Shown in pieces: positions 8,839 through 17,374 of a DNA stretch of 45,247 nt. The stretch covers positions 1 through 45,247 of the forward strand of contig SBAZ01000013.1 in NCBI GenBank assembly GCA_005239935.1, read 5' to 3'. Source of the DNA: Planctomycetales bacterium (GTDB lineage Bacteria; Omnitrophota; Gorgyraeia; Aquiviventales; Aquiviventaceae). Every line of letters starts with the position of its first letter. Position 1 is the first letter of the stretch. The position numbers and the translations under genes were made by a program. The notes beneath the pieces were generated by a model that was given only the letters and a program-made list of their open reading frames with translations, ran no database searches and was not told the DNA's origin.

Positions 8839-9707
8839 CCGCTGCGAACCTCTATGGCGGCCAGAAGTGACCGCACGATGTCGTCCGTCGTATGCTGCGG
8901 CCGCCAGCCCAGGTCGGCGCCCGCGCGTGCGATGCTCGTGAACAGGCTGAAGGCTTGCCCGGTGGTCGCCGCCACCTCCGTCCGGCCCTGGCCCACGAGG
9001 GCCACCACGCGCGCGGCCAGCTCCGCCATGGTGACCGGCGCGCCTGTGCTCAGATTGTAGGTCCGCGATTCAAATCCGCCCCTGCCGAGCAGCCCCACGG
9101 CGGCCGCGAACGCTGAAGCCACGTCCTCCGGGTGTACGAAGTCCCGGCGGTGGCGCCCGCCTCCGAACAGCTGAATCGTGCCAGCCCGCCGTGCGATTTC
9201 GGTGAAGTCGCCGATCGCGTGTCCCTCCTTGCAGCCGGGCCCTACGACCAGCGTCGGGCGCAGAATCACGGAGCGGATGCCGTACCGCGCGTAGGCGCGG
9301 GTCATCACCTCGGCCGCCACCTTGCTCGCCGCGTAGGGATGGCGTGGCGCATAGGGCGAAGCCTCAGTCATCGCCTCTTCCCCTGCCCCGTGCACGGTCA
9401 GGCTCGAGGTGAGAATGAACTGACGCACCCCGGTGGCCCGGCACGCCTCGAGCAGGTGCACCGTCCCCAAGGCGTTGACCGCAAAATACTCCTGCGGCCG
9501 CTCGGCGCTCGGCTGCGCCCCGCAGAGCGCCGCCAGGTGGCACACCAGCTCCGGGCCGGCGCGCCGCAGCGCGGCGAGGCAGGCTGATGGATCGAGCACA
9601 TCCAGCGAGGTCCGGTCCGTCACCGTGACGTCGTGCGCGGCGCGCAGCGCCTCCGCGATGTACCGCCCCAGAAACCCCTGACCGCCGGTCACCAGCACTC
9701 GCGCCAT
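8835..9707 (-). CDS. NAD(P)-dependent sugar epimerase/reductase (short extended SDR of RmlD-like size)
   Basis: MARVLVTGGQGFLGRYIAEAL, YAASKVAAE (YxxxK), 290 aa. The pattern DRTSLDVLDPSACLAALRRAGPELVCHLAAL resembles dTDP-4-dehydrorhamnose reductase-type proteins, but the assignment is not secure. Confidence 0.7.
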   Translation of the reverse strand: MARVLVTGGQGFLGRYIAEALRAAHDVTVTDRTSLDVLDPSACLAALRRAGPELVCHLAALCGAQPSAERPQEYFAVNALGTVHLLEACRATGVRQFILTSSLTVHGAGEEAMTEASPYAPRHPYAASKVAAEVMTRAYARYGIRSVILRPTLVVGPGCKEGHAIGDFTEIARRAGTIQLFGGGRHRRDFVHPEDVASAFAAAVGLLGRGGFESRTYNLSTGAPVTMAELAARVVALVGQGRTEVAATTGQAFSLFTSIARAGADLGWRPQHTTDDIVRSLLAAIEVRSG

Positions 9708-9713
9708 CGCCGC

Positions 9714-10565
9714 CTAGTAGCCCACCGGAATCCGAAACAGCCGCCGGTGCGTCGCCTGCAGTTCGCGGTAGAGCCGCGTGTTCACGAAGATCACGTCCGC
9801 CTCTGGGCTGGCTCCGACCCGCCCGTGGTCGTACACCTGGATGAGCCGGAACCCCTCGCGCTCGATCACCGGCCGCTCGTCCTCGAAGATCGTCTGCCCC
9901 TCATACAGCCGGATGCGTCGGTCGCCGGAGTACACCGTCTCCAGCTGCACGAAGAGGCAGTGCGGCAGATACCGCCCCAGGCTCAGAAAGACGTCGAGGT
10001 CGGTGCCCTGCGCATCAATCTTGAGGAAGTGGATGACCTCCTCCTGCAGCCCATGTACCTCGATCAGGCGCGACAACGGCCACACCGGCACGGTCCGCGT
10101 CCGCACCAGCCCCTCGATCGACCGGTCCACGAACCAGCGCGTGGCGCGCTGGGACGGGTCATGTGTAATGTTCGCTGCGTCCATCCGCAGGAGCGAGTTG
10201 CACGACGGGTCTGTGTACTCGTACAAGGTACGCTCCTGCTCCGGACCCCTGGCCACCGCCGCCTCGACGAAGACCGAGTACGGCTGCACATGCGGGTGCC
10301 GAACCGGGTCGATCCCGATGGACCAGACCGGCGGATACACGCGCTGCGAGAACCGTCGCAGGAACTTGCCGATGAAGCATCCCACGTCAATCAGTACGAT
10401 GCGCGGCGGATCCATTGCGTTCAGGCATCGCGTGATTCCATCCAGGGGATGCTCCGGCTGCCGAAGCAGCGTGTGCTTCGCCGCCAGGACCCACCCGTGG
10501 CGCCGTTTCACGCGGTCCTTCGCGCGCTGCCAGAGGGTCGGTGGCGCGGCCGTGCTGACCGGCAT
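9714..10565 (-). CDS. FkbM-like methyltransferase (second copy, divergent)
   Basis: VLIDVGCFIGKFL...HFLKIDAQGTDLDVF is an FkbM-type pattern. Start at the internal ATG 10565 (MPVSTAAPPTLW), 2 nt after the upstream stop. The track ORF to 10910 adds Gly/Arg-rich sequence that overlaps fcl. Confidence 0.6.
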   Translation of the reverse strand: MPVSTAAPPTLWQRAKDRVKRRHGWVLAAKHTLLRQPEHPLDGITRCLNAMDPPRIVLIDVGCFIGKFLRRFSQRVYPPVWSIGIDPVRHPHVQPYSVFVEAAVARGPEQERTLYEYTDPSCNSLLRMDAANITHDPSQRATRWFVDRSIEGLVRTRTVPVWPLSRLIEVHGLQEEVIHFLKIDAQGTDLDVFLSLGRYLPHCLFVQLETVYSGDRRIRLYEGQTIFEDERPVIEREGFRLIQVYDHGRVGASPEADVIFVNTRLYRELQATHRRLFRIPVGY

Positions 10566-10567
10566 GG

Positions 10568-11521
10568 TCACCGCCCCGCCGTCTGGGTTTGCCGCGCCCG
10601 GTACCAGGCGACGGTCCGGGCTAGGCCCTCGCGCAGCGGCGTCCTGGCCCGCCAGCCCAGCTCGCGCTCGGCCTTGCTGACGTCCATGCAGCGGTGCGCC
10701 TGCCCATCGGGGCGCGCGGCGTCCCACACGATCTGGCCACGAAAGCCAGTCACCTCCCGCAGCCGCTCCACGACCTCGCGGACAGAGGTCTCCACCCCCG
10801 TGGAGAGGTTCACCAGTTCTGGTCGGTCGTACACCTCGGTGGCGCGCAGCAGCCCCTCGGCCACGTCCGCGGCATAGACGAAGTCCCGCGTAGGCGAGCC
10901 GGTGCCCCACACCCCCACCTCCGGCCGCTCCTCGTCCACCGCCTCGACGAATTTTCGTACCAGCGCTGGGACCACATGCGCCCGCTCCAGATCAAAATTG
11001 TCATGCGGCCCATACAGGTTGCCCGGCACGCCGAGCACACTGACGAATCCGTACTGCCGGCCATAGGCCTGGGATTGGATGTGCAGCATCCGCTTCGCGA
11101 GCGAATACGGCGCGCTCTCCGCCTGCGGAAAGCCGTCCCACAGCGAGGTCTCGCGCAGTGGCTGTGGGGCATGCTCCGGGTAGCCGCAGCCCGCGGCCGC
11201 GGCAACAAACTTTCGCGCGCCAGCGCGCCAGGCGTGGTGGAGCATGAGGATGCCCATCATGGCGTTCCGGTAGAAAAAGTCGGCCGGGTAGGCCGCGTTC
11301 GCCCCGATGCCGCCGACGAGTCCTGCGAGATGGATCACCACCTCGGCCGGATGCTCCTGGAACAGCCGCTCCACCTCGGCCTCGTGGGTCAGGTCGTACT
11401 CGCGGCTGCGCACCACGAACACCGAGGTGCACCCCGCGGTCGCCAGCCGCTCCACAACGTGCGAGCCCAGGAATCCGGCCCCGCCGGTCACCAGCACCCG
11501 CCGCCCGGCCCAGAAGCTCAT
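10568..11521 (-). CDS. fcl: GDP-L-fucose synthase family (Fcl/WcaG-like) NADPH-dependent 3,5-epimerase/4-reductase
   Basis: MSFWAGRRVLVTGGAGFLGSH, GANAAYPADFFYRNAMMG, PYSLAKR, NLYGPHDNFDLERAHVVPALVRKF, VWGTGSPTRDF. This is collinear with my recollection of E. coli Fcl. ATGA overlap with the gmhB stop at 11518-11521. Confidence 0.85.
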   Translation of the reverse strand: MSFWAGRRVLVTGGAGFLGSHVVERLATAGCTSVFVVRSREYDLTHEAEVERLFQEHPAEVVIHLAGLVGGIGANAAYPADFFYRNAMMGILMLHHAWRAGARKFVAAAAGCGYPEHAPQPLRETSLWDGFPQAESAPYSLAKRMLHIQSQAYGRQYGFVSVLGVPGNLYGPHDNFDLERAHVVPALVRKFVEAVDEERPEVGVWGTGSPTRDFVYAADVAEGLLRATEVYDRPELVNLSTGVETSVREVVERLREVTGFRGQIVWDAARPDGQAHRCMDVSKAERELGWRARTPLREGLARTVAWYRARQTQTAGR

Positions 11522-12078
11522 CGCACACCGGCTCCGTGGTGCAGCCGGCGGCCCAGCTGGGCCACCGCGTCTGCCAGGTTTGCTGCGACGAGGTCCGGCG
11601 CCACCGCGCCCTCCCCGCACACGCGGTGGCCCTCCCCGGTCCGCACCAGCACCGAGAAGGCGCCGATCTGTCGGCCGAACTCCACGTCGCATGCGTTGTC
11701 GCCGATCACGAGGCTCTCCTCCAGGGCGAAGCCGAACCGCCGCGCAGCCTCGTAGGCCAGCAGCGGCGCCGGCTTGCGGCACGCGCACCCCTCTTCCGGC
11801 AGGTGCGGGCAAAAATAGACAGCTTCCACGGCCACGTGCGCCGCCTCCAGCAGTTGGAGCATCCGCGCGTGGATCTGCGCCAGCTGCTCCAGTGTCACCA
11901 GCCCGCGCCCGATGCCGGACTGGTTGGTGATGACGATCAGGCCGAAGCCGAGGCGCTGCAGCCGGCGCAATGCCGCGCCAGCGCCCGGCAGCAGCGCCAC
12001 ATCCTCGACGCGCGAGAGATAATGGTGTTTCGTCAGAATCGTGCCGTCGCGGTCCAGCAACGCGTAACGGCGGCTCAC
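11518..12078 (-). CDS. gmhB: D-glycero-D-manno-heptose 1,7-bisphosphate phosphatase (HAD-IIIA)
   Basis: LLDRDGT (HAD motif I), VITNQSGIGRG, zinc-site pattern CPHLPEEGCACRKP, GDNACD. GTG start overlaps the upstream stop (GTGA at 12075-12078). Confidence 0.85.
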   Translation of the reverse strand: MSRRYALLDRDGTILTKHHYLSRVEDVALLPGAGAALRRLQRLGFGLIVITNQSGIGRGLVTLEQLAQIHARMLQLLEAAHVAVEAVYFCPHLPEEGCACRKPAPLLAYEAARRFGFALEESLVIGDNACDVEFGRQIGAFSVLVRTGEGHRVCGEGAVAPDLVAANLADAVAQLGRRLHHGAGVR

Positions 12079-12812
12079 GGGCCAGACGCTCCGGTCAGCC
12101 GCTGCACATGCGCCCCGGCCTGCGCGTACGCCTCAGGGACGCCGATGTCGAGTAGCGCCTCTGCCCCGGTCCACGCGGCCAGCCCGCGCCCGACCCATGC
12201 CGGGAACACCTCTCGCTCGAGGGACACCGGCCGGCCGGCGCCGATGGAGGCCAGGAACGCCTGGCTCAGCAGATACACCCCGGCGCTGACCCATCCGGGG
12301 CCGCCGGCGGCCGATTTCTCCACGAATCTCCGCACCATGCCGTTCTCGGCCAGGTCCACCGCCCCGTAGCGGGTCGTGTCCGACTGCCGCGCCAGCGCCA
12401 GCGTGGCCGCCGCGCCGCTCGCGCGATGCCAGGCCAGGAAGGCGCGTAGATCCAGCCGGCACAGCGAATCGCCGTTGAGCGCCAGCACCGGCTCGCTCGT
12501 GAGCAGCGGCCGCGCCAGGCGCAGCGCTCCCGCCGTGCCGAGCGGCGAGAGCTCCTGTGAATACCGCAGGTTCACCGTGCCGTATTTGACGCCCAAGGCC
12601 TGGGTGATCATCGCGCCGCGATCGCCGGTGCACAGCACCGCCTCGGCCACGCCACCGTGCTGCAGCTGTTCGAGAATGTAGGACACCGCTGGCCGGCCGG
12701 CCACCGGCGCCAGCGCCTTCGGCCGGTCCGGGACCGCCGGACGCAGCCGCCGTCCCTGTCCGCCGACCAGCACGGCGGCCACGAGTCCCTCCGGCCCGTC
12801 GGCGGCGGTCAC
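12075..12812 (-). CDS. hddC: Sugar-1-phosphate nucleotidyltransferase, HddC-like (heptose-1-phosphate guanylyltransferase type)
   Basis: The N-terminus AAVLVGGQGRRLRPAVPDRPKALAPVAGRP matches the G-x-G-x-R-L nucleotidyltransferase signature. The gene sits between the hddA-like kinase and gmhB. GTGA overlap at 12809-12812. Confidence 0.65.
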   Translation of the reverse strand: MTAADGPEGLVAAVLVGGQGRRLRPAVPDRPKALAPVAGRPAVSYILEQLQHGGVAEAVLCTGDRGAMITQALGVKYGTVNLRYSQELSPLGTAGALRLARPLLTSEPVLALNGDSLCRLDLRAFLAWHRASGAAATLALARQSDTTRYGAVDLAENGMVRRFVEKSAAGGPGWVSAGVYLLSQAFLASIGAGRPVSLEREVFPAWVGRGLAAWTGAEALLDIGVPEAYAQAGAHVQRLTGASGP

Positions 12813-13825
12813 GGCGTGGTGCTCCGCCAGGTCTGCAGCCCGTGGTCGTCAAACGCGACGTCGGTGAACCGGCCGCCGTGGCGTTCCAGCTCCTGCCGCA
12901 ACGTGTGCTGCCGGTCGGTTTCGCAGAAGAGCAGCAGGTACCCGCCCCCGCCCGCGCCGAGCAGCTTGCCACCGGTGGCGCCGCGGTGCATGGCGAGCTG
13001 GTACAGCTCCTCCGCCTTGGTGCCCTCGGCGACGTGCGGGTTCATGCGCTTCTTGTTCTCATACGCCGCGCTCAGCAGCTCGCCGAAGCGGCGCAGCCGC
13101 CCCTTCAGCAGCGCCTCCTTCGCCTCATAGGCCAGCTGATGCAGCGCCTGCAACCCGGCAATCGTCTCGGCGCGGCCCTCCTTGTAATAGCGCGCCTGCT
13201 TCTGGACCAGCCCCAGGTCCGGCCGCACTTGGCCCAAGTAGCACACCAGGAGGTGCGCCTCGAGGTCGTTCAGAATCCCCTGGGGGATGCGCAGGGGGTT
13301 TACCAGCACCCGGTCCTTGTGGAACTCGATGAGGTTGAACCCGCCGAAGGTCGTCGCATACTGGTCCTGCTTGCCCCCGGCGATGCCCAAGTCCACGCGC
13401 TCGATCACGAAATTAAGCTCCGCCAGCTCGTACGGATCCAGGACGGTGTTCGTGTACTCCGCGAGCGCGCCGATCATGGCGGAGGTCACCGCCGAGGAGC
13501 CACCCAACCCGCTGCCGGGGGGCGCGTCGCAGCGGACATCCAGGTTGAACCCGACCTCGACCCCCATGCGCCGGACCACCGCCTTGGCCAGCTCCAGCAC
13601 ACCATCGCGGGGGGGATCCTCATCGACCGCGTAGGAAACCTCAACGTTGAGATCCAGCGAGCGCATTCGCACGCCGGCGTCGTCACGCGGGTAGAGGCTG
13701 ACGTACGCGTACCGGTTGATCGTGCTCGAGAGCACCGCCCCCCCCTGCTCCTCGTAATAGTGCGGCAGATCCGTCCCGCCCCCGGCAAAGCTGATGCGCA
13801 GCGGTGATTTCGCGCGGATGATCAT
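12809..13825 (-). CDS. hddA: GHMP-family sugar kinase, HddA-like (D-glycero-alpha-D-manno-heptose 7-phosphate kinase type)
   Basis: MIIRAKSPLRISFAGGGTDLPHYY, and the GHMP motif PPGSGLGGSSAVTSA. ATG at 13825 was chosen. An alternative upstream ATG at 13891 would overlap the preceding gene. Confidence 0.7.
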   Translation of the reverse strand: MIIRAKSPLRISFAGGGTDLPHYYEEQGGAVLSSTINRYAYVSLYPRDDAGVRMRSLDLNVEVSYAVDEDPPRDGVLELAKAVVRRMGVEVGFNLDVRCDAPPGSGLGGSSAVTSAMIGALAEYTNTVLDPYELAELNFVIERVDLGIAGGKQDQYATTFGGFNLIEFHKDRVLVNPLRIPQGILNDLEAHLLVCYLGQVRPDLGLVQKQARYYKEGRAETIAGLQALHQLAYEAKEALLKGRLRRFGELLSAAYENKKRMNPHVAEGTKAEELYQLAMHRGATGGKLLGAGGGGYLLLFCETDRQHTLRQELERHGGRFTDVAFDDHGLQTWRSTTP

Positions 13826-13877
13826 CGCCCTGGGCGCGCTCCGGGGCCGCGCGGCCGGTGCGGCGGGCGCGGCCGGC

Positions 13878-14816
13878 TTAGAAAAAGGCATTGCTGTACG
13901 GGTTGAAGACATCGAGCAGCGGGGCCGCGCGGCCAACCTCTACGATGCCGTCATCCAGCGTCCGCGCCACGCGGAAACCCGTGGATCGCAGCTTCGAAAA
14001 ATCCACGACGTAATTGCGCTGGTCTGGATCCCGCCCAGTCTCGGAGTACTCGACCTCGCACGCCACATGCTGCTGGATCCGGCGCGCCAGCTCGCGCTTC
14101 GTGACGTTGAGCGACTCGTCCCCGAGGTTGAACACTTGATCGCGCATCGCTGGGAGGTGCTCGAGCGCGAAGAGAAATGCGCGGCCGAAATCCCCTACGT
14201 GCAGAAAGGCGCGCATGTAATCGGGCTCATACACCACGAGCCGCCGGTCGCGGACCGCCCGGTACACGAAGTCGTTGAGCAGCAGGTCCAACCGCATTAA
14301 CGGCGAGAGCCCGAACGCGGTCGCCGGCCGGAACACGACGGTGTTGCCGCTCGCCAGTAGCAGTTGCTCGGCGGCGAGCTTTGTCCGGCCGTAGAGCGTG
14401 AGAGGCTCCGGCGCCATCGCCTCGGTGCACCGCTCCCTGGCGCCTGCGCCGTAATTGCTGAGGCTCGAGGCAAACACCAGGGGCACTCGCGTCCCGCGGA
14501 TCTGATCCAGCAGCCGGGTCGCCTCGAGGTTCACCTGCTGTGCCAGCCAGGGGTCCTTCTGGCAAGCCGGAAAGCCGACGATGGCCGCGAGATGGATGAT
14601 GGCGTCCATGTCCGCGATGGCCTGGCGCACCGTGGCCTCATCGCGCACGTCACCGCGCATGACTTCCAGGGATGGGTGGCCGCTCATCGGCACCAGTCCG
14701 GCCGCACCCTTGCGCAGGTTGTCCAGCACGCGGACGCGGTAGCCCGCCTCGAGCAGCACGGGCACCATGACGGACCCGATATATCCGGCGCCGCCGGTCA
14801 CAAGGAGACTACGCAT
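13878..14816 (-). CDS. NAD-dependent epimerase/dehydratase (extended SDR)
   Basis: MRSLLVTGGAGYIGSVMVPVLLEAGYRVRVLDNL. The N-terminus is close to the partial SDR at 1..463. 312 aa. Confidence 0.8.
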   Translation of the reverse strand: MRSLLVTGGAGYIGSVMVPVLLEAGYRVRVLDNLRKGAAGLVPMSGHPSLEVMRGDVRDEATVRQAIADMDAIIHLAAIVGFPACQKDPWLAQQVNLEATRLLDQIRGTRVPLVFASSLSNYGAGARERCTEAMAPEPLTLYGRTKLAAEQLLLASGNTVVFRPATAFGLSPLMRLDLLLNDFVYRAVRDRRLVVYEPDYMRAFLHVGDFGRAFLFALEHLPAMRDQVFNLGDESLNVTKRELARRIQQHVACEVEYSETGRDPDQRNYVVDFSKLRSTGFRVARTLDDGIVEVGRAAPLLDVFNPYSNAFF

Positions 14817-15156
14817 GCACCGCCGCTTCGGCGGCCGGCGCCGCCGGCCGTCCGCTCGACTCCGCCACCTTGAGCTGCTCCTCGCAAAAGCGCATCCAGA
14901 GCATCGCCCGGTCCCGCTGCTGTGCGTGAAAGGCGCAGCGTGGGCACCGCAGCACGTCCCAGAGCCGCTGGTACCAGGCGGTCCGCGGTTCGCCGTAGAG
15001 CCAGAGGAAGAGGTGGTTCTCCAAAATCAGCTCGACATCCTCTCGCAGTTCCTTCGTCAGCATCGGGATGGGCCGGGCCTGGCCCTGCTGCAGCGCGTGC
15101 AGCGTGTGCAGACAGCGCTCGGTGATCACGGCCGCGGCGTTGCGGAAGCACCTCAT
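14809..15156 (-). CDS. Hypothetical small protein (115 aa) with a CxxC motif
   Basis: The composition is balanced (W, F, L, E-rich), unlike the shadow ORFs. It contains CPRC. The stop overlaps the downstream SDR start by 8 nt, and its own ATG overlaps the upstream stop (ATGA at 15153-15156). Confidence 0.5.
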   Translation of the reverse strand: MRCFRNAAAVITERCLHTLHALQQGQARPIPMLTKELREDVELILENHLFLWLYGEPRTAWYQRLWDVLRCPRCAFHAQQRDRAMLWMRFCEEQLKVAESSGRPAAPAAEAAVHA

Positions 15157-15335
15157 GCGCGACTCCCCATATAGATCGGCTCGGGCCGGCGCTTGCCGCA
15201 GTACGGGCAGAAACGGAAGCGCGCGATGCGCTCGTCGGTCCAGGCCTCGTCTTCAAAGACCAGAATGTGCCGGCGGTAGAGCTCCGAATACTTCAGGTGC
15301 TGGCAGCCCCGCCGCAGCAGCACAGCCAGTGTCAT
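15153..15335 (-). CDS. Hypothetical small protein (60 aa), zinc-ribbon-like (CxH...CxxC)
   Basis: MTLAVLLRRGCQHLKYSELYRRHILVFEDEAWTDERIARFRFCPYCGKRRPEPIYMGSRA. Third codon positions are mostly G/C. ATGA overlaps occur at both ends (15332-15335 and 15153-15156). Confidence 0.5.
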   Translation of the reverse strand: MTLAVLLRRGCQHLKYSELYRRHILVFEDEAWTDERIARFRFCPYCGKRRPEPIYMGSRA

Positions 15336-16333
15336 CGCGCCGCCCCCGCCGTTGCGGCCGCCCTCCCGGCGCCCGGCCGGGCCAGCGCGGCCGCGAAGTG
15401 GTCTGCAATCCGCCGGCACGAACATGCCAGGACAGGCCGCAAGGCCTCCGGGGTGCACCCGCCCAGATGCGGGGTGATGATAAGATTCGTGTGCGTCCGG
15501 GCGTAGCGCACCAGGGGATGACGGGCGATGTTCGGCTCGCCCTCAAGCACATCCAGCCCGGCCGCCGCGACCTGCCCCCGCTCGAGCGCTGCGAGCAGCG
15601 CTTGCTCGTCGACCACCGCGCCGCGCGAGGTGTTCACCAGGACGGCGCCTGGCTTCAGCCGCCGGAATGCTTCGGGCCCGAGCAGGTGCCGCGTCTGCTC
15701 GTTGAGCGGCGCATGGACCGAGACAACATCTGACGCCTCCAACAGCGGCCAGAGCGCCCTGCGCTCGATGCCCTCCGGCCACGGGCTGACATGCGGGTCA
15801 TAGCCCAGGATGCGCATGCCGAAGGTCTCCGCGTACCGCGCCATCCACTGCCCGAGCCGGCCGCAGCCGATGACCCCCAGGATTTTCCCGCGCAGCATCA
15901 TCCCGGCAAACGCCTGGCGGCGCCATCCTCCGTGGAGCACATCCTCGGTGGCCCCGCGCAACCGACGGGCGCAGGCCAGCAGCAGCAGCCAGGCATGCTC
16001 CGCCGTCGCCGTGATCTCGCGTAGTACCTCCTGCTGGTCCTGCATCGTCAGCAGCGGCACGCCCTGACGGGCCAGTGCGCCGGCATCCACATGATCCGCG
16101 CCGGTGGCGGCGGCGACGAAGAGCTGGAGTCGGCGCGCCAGCGCCAGCCGCCGCGCTCCGAACGGCACCTGCAGCGACGCGTCCAGCACCGCGTCGCAGC
16201 GGCCAAGCCACCGGTCCGCCTCGGCCGCCGTCTCCGCATGCTGCACGGTGCAGCCCAACAGCAGACCACGGACCTCCTCCAGCCGCTCACGCGGCCCCAG
16301 ATAGAGCACCAGGGGCCTGACAGCGCCGTTCAT
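15332..16333 (-). CDS. D-isomer-specific 2-hydroxyacid dehydrogenase family (PGDH/glycerate dehydrogenase-like)
   Basis: GKILGVIGCGRLGQWMARYA (NAD GxGxxG), VNTSRGAVVDEQALLAAL, GLDVLEGEP, ITPHLGG. Confidence 0.85.
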   Translation of the reverse strand: MNGAVRPLVLYLGPRERLEEVRGLLLGCTVQHAETAAEADRWLGRCDAVLDASLQVPFGARRLALARRLQLFVAAATGADHVDAGALARQGVPLLTMQDQQEVLREITATAEHAWLLLLACARRLRGATEDVLHGGWRRQAFAGMMLRGKILGVIGCGRLGQWMARYAETFGMRILGYDPHVSPWPEGIERRALWPLLEASDVVSVHAPLNEQTRHLLGPEAFRRLKPGAVLVNTSRGAVVDEQALLAALERGQVAAAGLDVLEGEPNIARHPLVRYARTHTNLIITPHLGGCTPEALRPVLACSCRRIADHFAAALARPGAGRAAATAGAAR

Positions 16334-16343
16334 GGGTGCCGTG

Positions 16344-17360
16344 TCACCGCTCAGTCAAGAGTTCGTGAAGCGTGGATTCGACCGTTGCCGGGTCCCGCGC
16401 CGAGAAGTACCAGTCGATGGTGCGGTGCAGCCCGTCCCAGAATGTGACCGTAGGCCCCCAGTCCAGTAGCCGCTTCGCGAGCCGGTTGTCCGCCACGCGG
16501 TTCAGCGGGCCGGTGGGCATGTGCGGCGCGGTCTGGATCCTGGCCGTGTGGCCGGTGTACCGGAGAATTTCCTGCGCACATTCGATGACCTTGATGCGCT
16601 CCATGGTGCCGAGGTTGACCGCGGTGCCGTCCTCAATCCGCTCGCCGGCGAGGATCAGGCCGGAGACGATATCGTCCACATGGGTCCAGTTGCGGATCTG
16701 CTCCCCGGTGCCCCAGATGACGTACGGGTCCTCCTTGATGAACGCCCGCGCGATCATCGCGATCACCGCGTGGTTTTCATGGCCCCGCGGCCCGTAGACC
16801 GTGAAGAATCGGCACGAGGCCGACCTGAGCCCGCGTTCCTTGTAGTAGGCCTTCAGCGTCAGTTCGCCCATCAGCTTCGCCCACCCGTAGAGGTTGTCCG
16901 CGTCATATGGCGGGCCGACCATGTCCTCGGTCAGATACAGCTCCTTCGAGGGATCCATCTGGATGTAATTGGGATAGACGCACCCGGACGAGGCGAACAC
17001 CACCTTCTCCACGCCAGCGTCCGCGGCCAGTTTGAAGAGTTGGCCGTCCAGGATGAGGTTCGTGGAGCAGGCGACCTGGTGCAGGTCCACGTAGCCCCGG
17101 CCGCCATGGTCGGCCGCTAGGTGGAAGATGACCTGCATCCGCTCCACGGCCTGCCGCGCGACGGCCGGGTCCAGCAGGTCCGCTTGCCGGAAGTCCACGG
17201 TCTCGCGCTGCAGGTGCTCGCGCAGGTTTTCCAGCTTCCCGCTGGAGAGATTGTCCACGACGCGCACGCGAGCGCCCCGAGCCGCCAGCGCGTCCACCAG
17301 ATGCGACCCGATGAACGACGCCCCGCCGGTCACCAACACTCGCTTGCCGCTCCAGAACAT
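16344..17360 (-). CDS. NAD-dependent epimerase/dehydratase (extended SDR)
   Basis: MFWSGKRVLVTGGASFIGSHLVDAL, YGWAKLMGE (YxxxK). Internal ATG at 17360 is preceded by GGAGAGAGG. The track ORF to 17432 adds Gly/Arg-rich residues. Confidence 0.8.
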   Translation of the reverse strand: MFWSGKRVLVTGGASFIGSHLVDALAARGARVRVVDNLSSGKLENLREHLQRETVDFRQADLLDPAVARQAVERMQVIFHLAADHGGRGYVDLHQVACSTNLILDGQLFKLAADAGVEKVVFASSGCVYPNYIQMDPSKELYLTEDMVGPPYDADNLYGWAKLMGELTLKAYYKERGLRSASCRFFTVYGPRGHENHAVIAMIARAFIKEDPYVIWGTGEQIRNWTHVDDIVSGLILAGERIEDGTAVNLGTMERIKVIECAQEILRYTGHTARIQTAPHMPTGPLNRVADNRLAKRLLDWGPTVTFWDGLHRTIDWYFSARDPATVESTLHELLTER

Positions 17361-17374
17361 CCTCTCTCCTTCGG

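Noticed and set aside
10568-11812. Long N-terminal extensions of minus-strand track ORFs, for example 10568..11812, 23323..24960, 24594..25931, 9714..10910, 2999..4483 and 19189..21363.
   Set aside because: The extensions are Arg/Gly/Pro-rich and overlap the 3' end of the upstream gene. Internal starts restore canonical N-termini (GxxGxxG, Cys2 of AsnB, MPTIPLVDL of DegT) and give ATGA/GTGA or few-nt junctions.
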